Below are positions 35,401 through 48,400 of a DNA stretch of 64,000 nt, in pieces (position 1 is the first letter of the stretch; each line of letters opens with the position of its first letter). This stretch comes from Sphaerodactylus townsendi. Taxonomy: Eukaryota. The stretch covers positions 46,252,001-46,316,000 of the forward strand of contig NC_059433.1 in the NCBI RefSeq assembly GCF_021028975.2, read 5' to 3'. The translations under genes were made by a program, and so were the position numbers. Below the pieces are notes generated by a model that saw only the letters and a program-made list of their open reading frames with translations, ran no database searches and was not told where the DNA came from.

Positions 35401-38400
35401 TGGGCTGAAAAAGAAATGCACAATTTAACAAGGTATAGAAATGGTTTGGTACAGATACACTGTAGTCCTTTTCAAAGTCAAGTCTGGCAACTCTGTAGAG
35501 TGTTTCCTTTGTGTGAAACCACACTGTCTTTTCTGTGTCAAACTTGAATTTGTAGAATTCCTCACTTCATTTTCAGGCTGCCATATGAAAGGCACTTGTT
35601 AGTATCTGTTTTGATGACACATTTGAATTCTTGACTTCAGGACAATAGTTTTAGTTCACCCAGTTATGACAGCACAATTATTCAAATCAATAGCTATCAA
35701 TACATTTTTTAAAAAACTTGAATTAACTTCTGGGTTAAGGAAGGTTTTTGAATTAATTTTTTAACTTTCTGTAAACATGTTAAAGAGTTGTGGTGCTTTT
35801 CTCTTCTCTGTAGAATGCGGAAAGCAGGAATTCCATGTCCACAAGTAGTAACCCTTAAAAAACATGTTTTGGTCATGTCCTTCATTGGTCAGGATCAAGT
35901 CCCAGCTCCCAAACTAAAAGAAGTAAAACTCAATAGTGAAGATATGAAAAAGGCCTACAACCAAGTTCTTCACGTAAGATCCGTGCTACTGTTGTCTCAA
36001 AACTCTTGCAGACTTCCTTTCTATCATTTGCTTTGTATTCGGAGCAGCATCCTCTACGCTCTCAAGAGCAGCATATGGGGTGGGGATCAAGGCAGAAGTC
36101 CTCGTGCGTGCAAAAACAGTCTGCATCCCAACCATATGAGTAACAAAGAATTAATGTAAATGTGGAGACTGCTTTTTGATCTGTACAAGCTGTGAACAAA
36201 ATCAGACTACTTAATGAAGGGCTGTAGCTAGTATTAAAAATACAGTATAGGTTGGACTCAAGGAACCATTTAACATAAAGGGTCATATTTGGTGGAACTA
36301 CTAATTTTCTGCTTAGTATGTTTCCTGTCGTGCTACTGTGCTATACTCTGTCTCACCAAAAGAAAAAACCAGAATTGTAACTTCATTTGCCACATACTGG
36401 ACCGTCTTTGTTTTAGAATGCTCTGTTTGGGTCCTAGCATCCACCTAACAGAACTAAGTAGGCTGTAGGACCCAAATGGAGCATTCTAAAACAAAGACGG
36501 TCCAGCATGTGGCGAATGAAGTTACAATTCTGGTTTTTTCTTTTGGTGAGACAGAGTATAGCATTTGTAAGAAATGTAACTTGTTAGCGTGGTACAAAAA
36601 TTATACTATCTTTAATAGAAACAGGAATTACCAGAGTGTTTCTATACATCTCTATCAATCATTCACAGTTGTACTGATGATTTACATGCACTAGCTAGCA
36701 TGAATATCTCTTACTGTTTCTCTTATACTTCCATTTGGAAGACATTTTGGCTCTGCAAAATTATTTAATAATATCTTTTCTGTTATGTTCTGTATTTATC
36801 ATGCATTTTTACTAATTTCTTTGTATGAAGAATGCCTTGAATACTTGTTTCTTCTTTCTAGATGATGCAGCAGTTATATAAAGAGTGTAGTCTCGTTCAT
36901 GCCGACCTGAGCGAGTACAACATGCTGTGGCATGGCGGACAGGTGAGCACATTCTGAAGGGAGGAGCATAATTGTCTACTTATATGTTCACACGCAAATA
37001 TAGCTAACTTCCAATATTTACCTTAGGTCTGGTTAATTGATGTGAGTCAGTCAGTGGAACCAACCCATCCACATGGGCTAGAGTTCTTGTTCAGAGATTG
37101 CAGGAATGTTTCACAGGTAAGAAATCTAATGACTGTGATGTTCTGTAATAGAACCTGTGCTGTTGCATTAGTTATACTCTGCATATTCAAGAAAGGTTGT
37201 TTTCAAATAACAGGTTATTACTTGCTCAACACTACACCTGAACAATCATTTTAGTTAGAAGGGGAAGGAGGTAGCAAAATTGTTTTTCAGAGGTAAGAGT
37301 GAAAATATGATTTTGCAATTAGCTTTCTTGATATCATGGTGATTCTCTTATGGCCCAATCCTGTGGGGGTGGGTGAATAGGCTCATGGATGAGGCATAGG
37401 GCCATGCCGGCATGTTTTGCAGTTAGGGGCATTCCTGTTGAGGGAGAAAGCAAAGTTGCTGGCAACCGGATGTCCCTTAGCTCTGTGGCCATGAAACCTT
37501 GAGATGGTTGCTGCCACAGAGGAACACTGACTTCTGATTGGACACCGGCATTGGGGGAGGTGGGCCAGGGTATTCGGGGGTGGAACCAACATTAATTCCA
37601 TCCAGGCGGGCCAGGAATGCAGCAGCAGGGGCCTTGGACATCTGTGTAACACCTTGTAACACCATGGAGGGCTTTCAGGCAGCTGGGGGCGACGGTTGTT
37701 TTAGTAGTTTCCCCACATTGCCTGAAAGCCCTCTGGAGTTGGCGGGGTGGTGCAGCAGCAGTGCTGTCCTAGGCTGGATTGGGCTGCCCAACAAATATGG
37801 AAACAGTATAGAGTCATAGTAATCTAAATGAAAACTTTGGATATTTTTGTAACGCTTCATAAACACAGCTTGATCCAAGGTCTTGACTAATCCAAACATG
37901 TGCACAGACAGCCTCCTTCCTGAAGACATGTAAGCTTTATTGCAAATAAGGAGTGTCAGACAGGGAGAAAAAGTCCAAGAGGGCAGCTGTGGGGAGGGAA
38001 ATGTGGGTAAAAGTCTTATAACGTACCCACAAGAATAGCTGTCTAAATGAATATGGAGAGGTCTCTCCAATCCATTATGGTAGAAGTTTCCAGGATTTAT
38101 TTTTGGTATATATAATGTGAAGAAATTGTAGATATTGGGGGGAAAACTTTTTTTGGCCTGAGCTCTGTTGTCAGTCATATTAAGCAATGAACTGCCTAGA
38201 TCAGTGGTGGCGAACCTATGGCACGGGTGCCAGAGGTGGCACTCAGAGCCCTCTCTGTGGGCACGTGTGCACAGAGTTCATCTCGGGGGGGTGGAAAATC
38301 GCCCCCCCACACACACACATCTAGGCTGGCCTGGGCACGATGTGTAGGTAACCCTGTTAAGTGCTGTTAAACTCCACTGATTTTCATGGGAAGAACTAAA

Positions 38401-41400
38401 GCGCAATCCTTTACCTGAGAGTAAGCTCAGTTGCTGGCAATGGGACTTGCTTCTAAACCCTCCTAGGGTTGTGATTCACCCATTCAAAGCATTGCACGGT
38501 TGCTTCAAAGCAAAGCCACCGACTACCACCAAGCTTACTCCCAAGTAATGCGCGCCTTGGAAACAACCCTTTTTTCTAAACAAAAACCTCAGTGTTCAGG
38601 TTAAATTGCCGTGTTGGCACTTTGCGATAAATAAGTGGGTTTTGGGTTGCAGTTTGGGCACTCGGTCTCGAAAAGGTTCACTATCACTGGCCTAGATAGA
38701 GGACAGCATCATTGGAACATAAAACTGTTAAACTGAAAAAAGGGGCAGCAAGATTCTGAAACATGTTGTATCCCCATGAACGATGGAAAACAAAATTTAT
38801 TTACTTTTAATTCAAGTTCTTCCAGAAAAATGGTGTATCTGAAGCACTTAGTGATCGAGAGCTCTTCAGTGCTGTCTCGGGTTTAAATTTTACAGCTGAC
38901 AATGAAGCAGACTTTCTAGCTGAGGTAAGGGGGGATTTCTTTGCCTTTTGTCATTTAAAAATGTGCAAATTGGTGGATGCTAAAACAACATTACACAATC
39001 TGAAGTTATATCCATAACTGAGGCTAAAAGCAAGTCATGATAAAAGTACCTCACTTATGCAGGCAGGAACATGGACAGCAGGGGTTGGGAAGAGAATCTA
39101 AACTAGTGGGACAGTACAAAGGTGGGTCATCATCCAGCAGCAAACTATTGAGGACATTACAGGTATTGTGCCCAGAATAAGACAGTCATTGCAGACCTTT
39201 CAGCAGGTCCCTGTATCCAGCACCAGACAGCGCAGCTACGGCTGGTGTTTCAGCTGGAGCTGATAAAAGGTGCCGTGTACCATGAACAAACCTTGAGCCT
39301 TCCACCTGTAGCCAAAATCTGGCAGCATGCCCATCAGCATCATCCAGAGTCTCATCTTTCAGGGGCAGTGCAACCCCTGGTAGTGCAGGCTGAATTTTCA
39401 ATCCTAGAGCTTGGTTATTGACCAGCAGCACATCAGTCTTGTCTGGACAGAATTTCAGTTTACTGGCCCTCAACAGACCGAGATAAATAGAACTGGGTAT
39501 ATTCATTACAGATCTCTCCTTGCAGTTTCATATGTAAATTAAATAGCACAAAGAACAGAAGGTATAAATGTTATTTTAAAAAGAAAAAAAAGTTATGGTT
39601 TACATAGATATTATCTCTGATACTTTATCCAAGGTCAGCATAGGCAAGCACATCTTAGATGTGGTCAGAAGTTTGTGTATACCTAGTTGTTGTTTTTTTG
39701 CTTTGAGTGTGAGTGTATGTCTGTGTGAAAGAGAAAGGGTACTTAACATTACAGATGTGTCACAGAGAGAAACACATCTCACTGTGACATACCTCTGAAG
39801 ATGCGGATAAGCATCAGGAGCAAAAACTACTAGACCATGGCCATGCAGCCAGAAAACCCACAACTACCAGTTCATTCCAGCTGGGAAAGTCTTTGACATT
39901 ACAGATGTCTCTTTAAAGTCTTAATGTAGAGCCCTTCTTTGGGCCAAATTGGAAAAAATGGGGATCAATAATAGATTATTGTATTTAATCCAATTCTGTC
40001 AAATCAAGTGTTTAATCCAATGTCAAATCAAGTGTGATTCAGATGGTATGCTAACCTCTAAAATTCCAGTCCTTAAAGGTGTCAAGCAGGGCTGTGTTTT
40101 GGCCCCGACCCTTTTCAAGCTTTTTTTGAATGATTTGGCCCCCACTCTTACAAAGTTGAACTCTCATTGCCCCACTTTAGCTAGGAGGAAAACTCCCTTG
40201 TTATTATTTGCAGATGACGCTGTATCACTGTCTAGGACAAGAGTGGGATTAAAAAGACTTCTAAAGGGCTGCTTCGACTGCTGCACCCGTAACAATCTCC
40301 ACCTTAATTATGAAAAAAACAAGATTCTGGACTTCACCCACAGGTGGAGGCCGGGTAGATGGGAGTTGAACAATAATCTTGTCGAACAAGTAAAAAGTTT
40401 TAGGTATCTTGGCCTTAACTTCCACCATCAAGCTTCTTGGGCTACCCATAGAAGTCGAGCTATTGCAGCTAGTAAATTAAGCGCTATGGCCATTGCCAGG
40501 TTTTTTTACGGGAAAGGCCATGGATATGTCCCAGCAGCAATCCGGGCCTTCAATGCCAAGGTCATTCAGCAGTTATTATACGGCATCCCAATTTGGATTG
40601 GTGCTTGGAACGTGTGCAGTCACGGTTCCTTTATAAAATCCTCAGCCTTCCACACTCGGTTCCCTATGCTGTTCTTTGTTTAGAAACTGGCCAACCTCGA
40701 TTGGTGATGAGAGCCTGGTGCACCACCTTCAAATTTTGGGTTCATACTTGTTTCAATCCTGACCTGAATAGTCTCTCTTACCATGCTCTTTCAGTTATAC
40801 ATTCCACCAAATGGTGGCATAGGATTGAAAACAAGTTGAGTGACCAGGCGATAACAATTGATGATATAACTATGCTTACTGAAAGGGAGGCATTTGCCAC
40901 AATAAAAAAAAAACTCATTGATTTGGATTACAGGGAATTGTTAAATGAGGCCAATAAATTTTGTTCTCCCTCCCTTTTGGGTATCCCATTGAATAATTCA
41001 ACTATGGCAGGATATCTGCAACTGTTAATAGAGCCTAAATGGCGACGGGCTGTATCACTAGCTCGTTGCAATGCCTACCTTCTGCTCTTCGACAAGGAAG
41101 AAGATTGCGGCTCCCGCACCACAAGAGGAAATGTATTTGTGATCTCACAATTCTGTATTGAAGAGACTGTTTGGCGTGGTCTTATTACAGTGTCCCTTTG
41201 TATGTGTCTACTCAGAGCCAAGTACTCTAGCCCCCTTGTTGGTAGTAGACCCAGAAGTTAGAGGCAAGCGACGCATCAAAAAAACTGTATTTCTCCTTAA
41301 TAATGAGAACAATGCGACGTTGGAGGCCGTAGCAAAACTTCTGTGTATTGTTATTTCAATACGATCTTAACCACTCCTTCCTACCAGTATTATTGTTCTG

Positions 41401-42027
41401 TTGCTTCTTATGCCAATAAAGGTTATGAAATGAAATGAAGTCTTAATGTGCAGTAGTGGTATATTGTGGGTCCTTGTTGCTGTATTTAATTAACTGACCT
41501 ATATTTAATTAACTGATCTCCACTTAAGCTTTGTTTTTGTTTCACCATATCCCTAGTCCACCATGGTTGTGGTGTTATGTGTGTTTGTATGTCTATATAT
41601 TATATTAAATTAACTATATTATATATATATTATATTATATATATTATATTAAATTAAATTAACTATATGCTGCTTTCATTTTTTAATGTTTTGGTGCTTG
41701 CTTCCTTAAGGACCTTATTTAGGTGGAAAGGCAGCACAGAAATGTTTTAAGTAAAGACTTGTAGGACCTGCAATTAAGCTGGCCTTGCATACTTAAATCT
41801 CCTGTGCTCCGATCATTATGAACATTGTATGTGGTCTGTGAAAATTAGAGGTACATAATTAGAGGTAGAGAAAATTCCAACACAGATGATGCCTAAGACT
41901 TGTGTTTCCTGCTTTACAGATTGAAGGTTTGGAGAAAATCAATGAAGATCATGTTCAGAATCATGGGAAAAAGGTGTCTTCGTTTTCAAACGATGATGAA
42001 GATCCACCAGCATTTTGCAGCAAATAA
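29329..42027 (+). CDS. RIOK3: RIO kinase 3 (atypical Ser/Thr kinase), complete CDS, 13 exons, 522 aa
   Basis: join(29329-29403,30337-30458,31685-31830,31931-32038,33012-33121,33766-33909,34519-34646,35244-35432,35814-35973,36862-36942,37027-37116,38817-38924,41920-42027)=1569 nt, open frame; RIO motifs [29 protein letters not shown]. Confidence 0.98.
30337..30458 (+). CDS. RIOK3: RIOK3 exon 2
   Basis: [40 protein letters not shown]|gtaagt. Confidence 0.93.
31685..31830 (+). CDS. RIOK3: RIOK3 exon 3
   Basis: [48 protein letters not shown]. Confidence 0.95.
31931..32038 (+). CDS. RIOK3: RIOK3 exon 4
   Basis: [35 protein letters not shown]. Confidence 0.95.
33012..33121 (+). CDS. RIOK3: RIOK3 exon 5
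   Basis: [36 protein letters not shown]|gtaagt. Confidence 0.95.
33766..33909 (+). CDS. RIOK3: RIOK3 exon 6
   Basis: [48 protein letters not shown]. Confidence 0.96.
34519..34646 (+). CDS. RIOK3: RIOK3 exon 7
   Basis: [42 protein letters not shown] (P-loop). Confidence 0.96.
35244..35432 (+). CDS. RIOK3: RIOK3 exon 8
   Basis: [62 protein letters not shown]. Confidence 0.94.
35814..35973 (+). CDS. RIOK3: RIOK3 exon 9
   Basis: [53 protein letters not shown]. Confidence 0.96.
36339..36563. mobile_element. fold-back MITE (TA-flanked, Tc1/mariner-like), ~100-bp arms
   Basis: TATACTCTGTCTCACCAAAAGAAAAAACC... / ...GGTTTTTTCTTTTGGTGAGACAGAGTATA with about 4 mismatches. Confidence 0.75.
36862..36942 (+). 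CDS. RIOK3: RIOK3 exon 10
   Basis: [27 protein letters not shown] (catalytic loop). Confidence 0.96.
37027..37116 (+). CDS. RIOK3: RIOK3 exon 11
   Basis: [30 protein letters not shown]. Confidence 0.96.
38202..38689. mobile_element. non-autonomous hAT (Charlie-like) element, uninterrupted relative of 7663-11021
   Basis: same TIRs; perfect TSD GCCTAGAT. Confidence 0.9.
38817..38924 (+). CDS. RIOK3: RIOK3 exon 12
   Basis: [36 protein letters not shown]. Confidence 0.95.
39759..39896 (+). mobile_element. degenerate Penelope-like remnant
   Basis: CCTCTGAAGATGC...CCAGAAAACCCACAAC similar to other copies; flanking duplication CATTACAGATGT. Confidence 0.65.
39928..41437 (+). mobile_element. 5'-truncated non-LTR retrotransposon (RTE-X-like LINE), frameshifted reverse transcriptase
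   Basis: ORF 39949-40683 has RT motifs [13 protein letters not shown] and LFADD; 3' end AATAAAGG+(TGAAA)n; 12-bp TSD AAGTCTTAATGT (39916-39927, 41438-41449). Confidence 0.88.
41920..42027 (+). CDS. RIOK3: RIOK3 exon 13 (coding part, stop TAA)
   Basis: [35 protein letters not shown]. Confidence 0.94.
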   Translation: MEGLEKINEDHVQNHGKKVSSFSNDDEDPPAFCSK

Positions 42028-42832
42028 CGTTTTGGATCAACTTGGATGTTTCTTACATCTGTCAGTTGGTGCAGTGACTAAATGTCATTTGCCAAAGGCA
42101 ACATAAATTATGGTCAGCTCAGAATGCCATAAATGAAACTTCAGGGAGTATGCATTGGTGTCTGGGTTTTTTAAAAGAAAAGTTCACTTTAAGCTACTGT
42201 GACTTATCCAGCTAGCCCTGAAAGAAAGAAATGTCATGTCTTTTCAATCTGGCAGATTTTTCAGGTACACTTTGGGCAATATAAATGAGTGAATTTTAAG
42301 TAATTTAAAAAATGATGCAGCAATTTCAACTGAAACTCTAGATACTACACTTAGGTACTAGATGGTCTTTCCTTCCCTTCCATTAAATAGTGGTATACCT
42401 AACTTTTAAAAGTTTGATTTTGTTCTCAAATTTTCAGTGTAAATGTTTAAGGAAAGATAAATTCTATTGTAGTGACCTGTTTGATTTAGTAATATAGTTT
42501 TACTATTTTTCAAAAACTTGAAGTGAAAGCATTTTGGTATGAATGACAATTTAAACTAATCACTACAATGTCTAAAATATTTTCCAACGTTTTAACAAAA
42601 AAAGACCATTTAAGTTGTCAATGAGAAAATTTATTCTGAACTGGCAAGAGCAAAAATATTTGTACTGAACTGTATTTAAAGGGAAGATAACTTTGCAGTA
42701 ATATCAAAGAAAAAGGTTTAAATTATGTTGTAAAAATTCAGACTGTTCGCAAGAACCTCCCTTACAGCTAACAGCATAAGGCTGAGGTGATGGCAGATCA
42801 TTCTCTATTTGTGGAATATATTTAATAAGTGA

Positions 42833-42838
42833 AATAAA
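42833..42838 (+). terminator. candidate RIOK3 polyadenylation signal (first AATAAA of several: also 42952, 43258, 43493, 43697)
   Basis: AATAAA in AT-rich 3' UTR; which one is used cannot be determined from sequence. Confidence 0.45.
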
Positions 42839-43954
42839 AAGCATCCATTTTATTTAGGAGTATAATGTGATGCAATTCATGACTCACTTCACTTAAGGAT
42901 CATAAGTAGACTTTGCTGTTGATACTTATATGAAAAATTCAGGAGCCATATAATAAACATGTCTATCAAATGTGTATGAAAACATTAAAGAGCTCCCAAG
43001 AACGGTCCATCTCTTCATTCTTGGAGTGTGTTTATGTGCAACTATAGCCAATTAATTCTGGTTTGGCCAGTATAAGAAAGATCCATTTATTTCCCGAAAC
43101 ATTTTGATGATGAATTGACTGCAGAGTGTGATGTCATCACTGTGTTCTCAACTTTTCAAATCTCTGTAAATCTATCCTTCATTATGCTGTAATGAGATAC
43201 TGTTGCAGTGTGAGAATAGCTTGTGAAAATGTGTGCTGCATTCAAAAATGGGATGTGAATAAACACATGACATCTTATGGCTCCATTTCTTTGTAGGTTT
43301 TTAAGTCAAAACCTTGTTCAGAAACAGATTTAAGTCAAAACTTTGTTCAGTATCATCTAATAGTCCCATAAGGTACTTCTGTCTGTCAACAGACAGCACT
43401 GCCAGCAATGAGCTTCAATAGGCTGGGAATACAAGTAACACAACCCATGATATTTTCTGCATATATGAATGTTTCAGAACCACAATCCCTCTAATAAAAG
43501 AATAATCTTCCTGTAGTAAATGTAAAAGTGAGTAACACTATGGATCAAAGGAAGAGGGCTACAGAAAAAGCATGTAAGGTAACAATGGCACTGTAGATAT
43601 TTACTTCATTAAAACACACACACTTTGACATGTAGTTTTCCAAAGAATGTCTATGAGGAAAATGTGTCTATGTGACTCTAACTTCCTATGTTTTTAATAA
43701 ATTACATTGGAAAAACTGGCCAACACAGCACTTAATACACTTTCTATCAAGTGACCAGCTATTAAAATTTAAACTTTCTGACAAAGTTTTGTTTGAAAGT
43801 GTTCAGCAGCTTTAACAGGTTCTGCTATTCCAGCTTAGAACTGGTCTAGATTTAGTTAGTTATGCTTTGTTTATATTTGCAAAGGCAGGAACAGTACAGC
43901 TAATACTAGGAATAGGATAGGGCCGTTAGCTTTCTAGGTCAAGCACTGGGTCAT

Positions 43955-44380
43955 TAGAATAGAATAGAATAGAATAGAATCTTTATTGGCCAAGTGTGAT
44001 TGGACACACAAGGAACTTGTCTCCGGTGCATATGCTCTCAGTGTACATAAAAGAAAAATACATTTGTCAAGAATCATAAGGTACAGCACTTAATCATAAG
44101 GTACAGCACTTAATGATTGTCATATAGGTCTAGTAAGCAATCAGGAAACAATCAGTAGTAATGAAAACATAAAATGTAAAATCATAAAATAAAATAAAAT
44201 GTCAGCACAGGCTATAGTCATACAGTCATAAGTGGGAGGAGATGGGTAATAGGAATGATGAAAAAAGTAGTGCAGTAATTATATAATAAGTATATAATAA
44301 ATAGTTTAACATTATCGAGGGAATTATTTGTTTAACAGAGTGATGGCATTCGGGAAAAAACTGTTCTTATGTCTAGTTGT
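43955..44380 (-). mobile_element. LINE 3' fragment (Rex1/Babar-like) with (TTCTA)n tail
   Basis: (AGAAT)5 then CTTTATTGG (minus-strand AATAAA); ends GTGATGGCATTCGGGAAAAAACTGTTCTT. Confidence 0.6.
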
Positions 44381-44899
44381 AAAATTTATTTAAAAAAAAT
44401 AAAATAAAATAAAATTTAACCATTATTGACCCAGGAGGTGATTTTGCATGCTGTTCAACAGGCAGACGATGGGATGGTTAGCCATTGCATTCCCCAAATG
44501 CCTACACCTTACCCCCAGCAAGCTGGGTACTTATTCTACCAATTTCAGAAAGATGGCAGACCGAGTCCATCTTGAGTCGGCTACCTGACACCAATTCCTG
44601 TTGAGATTGAAGTGGGTGAGCAGAGCTTTGACTGAAGTACTGCAGTTTACCAGACTGTGCACAGGCCTTCTTAAGTGGAAGGAAACAGCCTGGGGAGTGA
44701 AGAAAATCGCAAAACAAACACAGTGGATGTCAACCAGCATTGTACCAGTTTAGTCTACAGTAGTATAAAGTACTACCATTTTAGCCTGCACTCCAGCCAC
44801 CTCCGCCTTTGACAGCTGAACTTTACCGACTAAGCTATCAAGCATGAGTTAGACCCGACCCCCAAAAATAATAATGGCAGGCATATTTGTAGCACAGGA

Positions 44900-45420
44900 C
44901 CTTCGGACCTATGGTAGATCCGTTCTGACACATGCGCATCCTTTTCGCTCTTGCAAATCCAGTAAGGCTATCTTGAAAGCCTCAACTGTGTTACAAAAGA
45001 AAGTGGAACTTGCAGTCCCGTCTATCCCTTGAACTGTACGTATCAAGGGCCCCATTCGTCTCAGCCGCCTCCATTTATACGGAGCAGCAGCAGCAGCTCC
45101 TTGGTCATGTGCAAAGGGAGTGTAACCAGGAAGCGGTTGTGCGACGCTGAGGGTGGAAGGCGTACAAGCAGGCACACAACCAGCCATGGCGGCGACCCAG
45201 GACTATTATTTGGCTCTGTGCGGGCGGCCTGTGCAGTTTGAGAAAGCGAGCCCCGTCAATTGCGTCTTTTTCGACGAGGCGAATAAGCAGGTGAGTCCTC
45301 AGGCCACCCTTCCCTCTTTCCCCGGGCCATCCCGGGCTCGCTCGCTGGCCCCTGCTTCTGGATCGGAGCAAACCGCTGGGGGATGGACGTGGTGCACCTT
45401 CAGACTGTTTCATGGATGAA
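44900..45420 (+). promoter_or_regulatory. RMC1 CpG-rich promoter / exon 1
   Basis: CpG enrichment around ATG 45186; CAGGAAGCGG ETS-like site ~45127; TGCGCAT ~44933. Confidence 0.7.
45186..45290 (+). CDS. RMC1: RMC1 exon 1 (coding part)
   Basis: gccATGG Kozak; MAATQDYYLALCGRPVQFEKASPVNCVFFDEANKQ|gtgagt. Confidence 0.95.
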
Positions 45421-48400
45421 AACAGGGATGTGCTTGTACCGTCCATATTTCCATAGCAACAATGTTTGCTCTACATCTCTCTCCCCAGCATAATATCTTG
45501 CTGGGGTCTCGCTTCTCCTGACCTACAGTATGCTTAACTGAGGTTGACATCACCGGCCCTGTACTGTTTGTTAAACCCAAGAGCTAATAAACAGTTGTTT
45601 GTTCTGGTGGAAGATGCCTTGAATTGCCTGTGATCTGTAAGAACAGTTCCAAAAATATTTCAGTAGCTATAGAGTGATGTCAGGCTCAATATTTGCACAC
45701 GTGAAGAATCTGCACTAGGAAAAACCTCCCTCTCTGTCAGTGAGAAGTTCAGTTATTGGAGCACCAGGGGAAAAAGGCACAACTAAAAGGCAATGGTAGG
45801 AACAACTGCTGGAAAATAATAATTACCCTGTTATTGGGAATGTGTTTTAACGGATGTGAGGAAGTGTTCTCATAGGCATGTATTTTCTAAATATGAAGGG
45901 TTTTAAAGACCTCTGAAGTACATTGAACTAGATATGGAAACACACAGCCCATGGAACTAATGCAGAACTTGCCAAACTTGGGCTGCAGCATTCTGTAGTA
46001 ACTTATGCGGATTCCGCATGGGCCAAAAACAGCGGTGTGAAAACAGTGAAAAATGGTGTAAAATGGTGTGAAAGGTTTTACACCATTTTAAACCATTTTA
46101 CACTGTTTTCACTCTGCTGTTTTTGGCTCATGCAGAATCCGCCTTACACATAAGAGAGTCTTATGTTGAGTGCATTATGATTACTAGTAATGTGACATTT
46201 ATTAACATCAAATTCAGGAGGGAGGAATTGGTGGCAAATCGCCTCACGATGCTCAAGCTGGAGGTAGGATCACAAACATACATTAGGCTGATATATCTGC
46301 TTCTGTATAGGGTTACTGGCTTTTAATTAGGAGTAAAACTAAATTATTAGTGATTTACTTAGTAATAAAATGAGGGTGCCTTGAGCAAAAAATAAAAGAA
46401 TTTGTTAATTTGGCATCCAATTACTTTCTGAGATTCTAAACTGCAATTGAATCCAGATTTTCTTAACTTTTTATCCATTTAGGTTTTTGCTGTTCGATCT
46501 GGTGGAGCTACTGGAGTGGTGGTTAAAGGTTTGGAAGATCGCAATCCTATCTCATTCAGGTATGTATATTCAGACTAGCATCTTTCAGTGTTAATAGCTT
46601 TATTCTGTTGTAATATGTGCAGATGCATTGTGTCCATGTAAAGTACCATATATTTATGGTTTTTGCCTTACAGAGGAACACAGTTTAATATAGATAATTA
46701 ACAGATCCTTATGAAAATATATGGTACTTTACATGGATATTGTTGCTTATTTAATTGTTTGGGGCTTTTTTACTTTCTAAAATCTGGAGTATATATCGGA
46801 ATAATCAGAGCCCAATAATTTAAAACTGAAATACAGAACTGCAGTGCTGTAGCCCATTTGGTTCCCTCTGAGCTATTACAAATAACGGGATTGTGAGACT
46901 TCTTAATGTGTACATTTCATGCTATTTACTCCCATGTGTTCTGGGTACTGTTCTCAGTTATTGACATTTGCCTGTTGGCTGTCAAGTAGATGGAAGTATG
47001 CCAACAGAAGTGATCTTTCCTTCCCCCTCGTGCAGAGCTGCTGGCCACTGATGGATAGCTGGATGGCAGGTGGGCCAGGCAGGCTAATGAACAGGGCTGT
47101 GATTTCTCTTTTGCTGAGGGGAGGCATTACCTGCCTTAACATATGACAGCCAAATATCTGTTGGCAGAGATGTCATGGAGATGTATGTATGTGCAGCCAT
47201 GCACAGAGTGTATAGACTCTTCTTCAAAAGTATACACATGCAAACAGCACGCATTCATATATCTTTCTAACCTGAAGTAAGTTAGCAAAATATAAATAAA
47301 CTTCTTTAATTAATTGTCTGTTTACAGAATGGAAGACAAAGGGGAGGTGAAGTGCATCAAGTTTTCTTTGGGAAATAAGATATTGGCTGTCCAAAGAACT
47401 CAAAAAAGTGTGGTAAGAAATGTTTTTCATAAAAAATATGAAGACATAATGGAAAAAATATGCATGGGCTTAATGAATTTGATACTCATCTTATTTAGTA
47501 TTTGAATATAGTTCAGCATTATATTAGTTTAGTCACTTGTCATGTTAAGGTATCACAGTCAGCCAAGATTGTTCATGTATCCAGCATGTTGCCTTATGTG
47601 CTTCAGTCCTGCCTCCTTTCCCCTCCTTCTAGTGAAGGTATCCTGGTTTAAATCGCACTCCGGTTACATTATGTACAAATTCTGGTGCCTAGGTTAATCA
47701 CAGTTAATCTATATCCCTCAGGCTAAGATTCTAAGCCTGGACTAACTCTAGTTTAGAATCTCAGTTTATGGGGGTGAAACAAAGTCCACTTAACCAAGGC
47801 AGCTGTATTTTTTAACGTGTGTAACTGGAGTTTCTCTTGAACTAAGATTTGTTCATTGTGCTCTGCCTAAGAAGGAAGGAGAGATACACAGCAGCATGCC
47901 AGGTTCATGCCCAGTGACAGTTTAATGTTGGCTTAGTGCAGCTACTATGTTAGAAGAAGAGGAGTTTGACTTTAGACCCTGCTTTTCTCCTGTAAAGAGT
48001 CTCAAAGTGGCTTACAAATGTCTTCCCTTCCTCTCTGCACAACAGGCACCTTGTGAGGTAGATGAGGCTGAGAGAGTTCTGAGAGAACTGTGACTGTCCC
48101 AGGGTCAACCAGCAGGCTTCATGTGTAGGAATGGAGAAATGAATTCAGTTCACCAGATAAGAGTCTGCTGCTCATATGGAGGAGTGCGGAATCAAACCCG
48201 TTTCTTCAGAATAGAATCAACTGCTCTTATCCACTATACCACACTGGCTGTCATAGATGGGAAATGTACAAGAATAAACCTGGAACAAGTTGTATTATCA
48301 TTGTTGGGTTTTTTTAAAGTAACTTGAAGGAAGACTTCAGCATGGAATTACTGAATAGATCAGTAATTATGGTTCTGTTCATTTAGGACTCAATTGAGAC

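Noticed and set aside
39949-41261. Longest ORFs (244 and 222 aa) as a host gene or active retroelement
   Set aside because: 5'-truncated, frameshifted LINE RT lacking the endonuclease
45153-45185. N-terminal extension of RMC1 suggested by the ORF track
   Set aside because: Begins at a non-ATG codon; ATG 45186 has a strong Kozak context and matches orthologs
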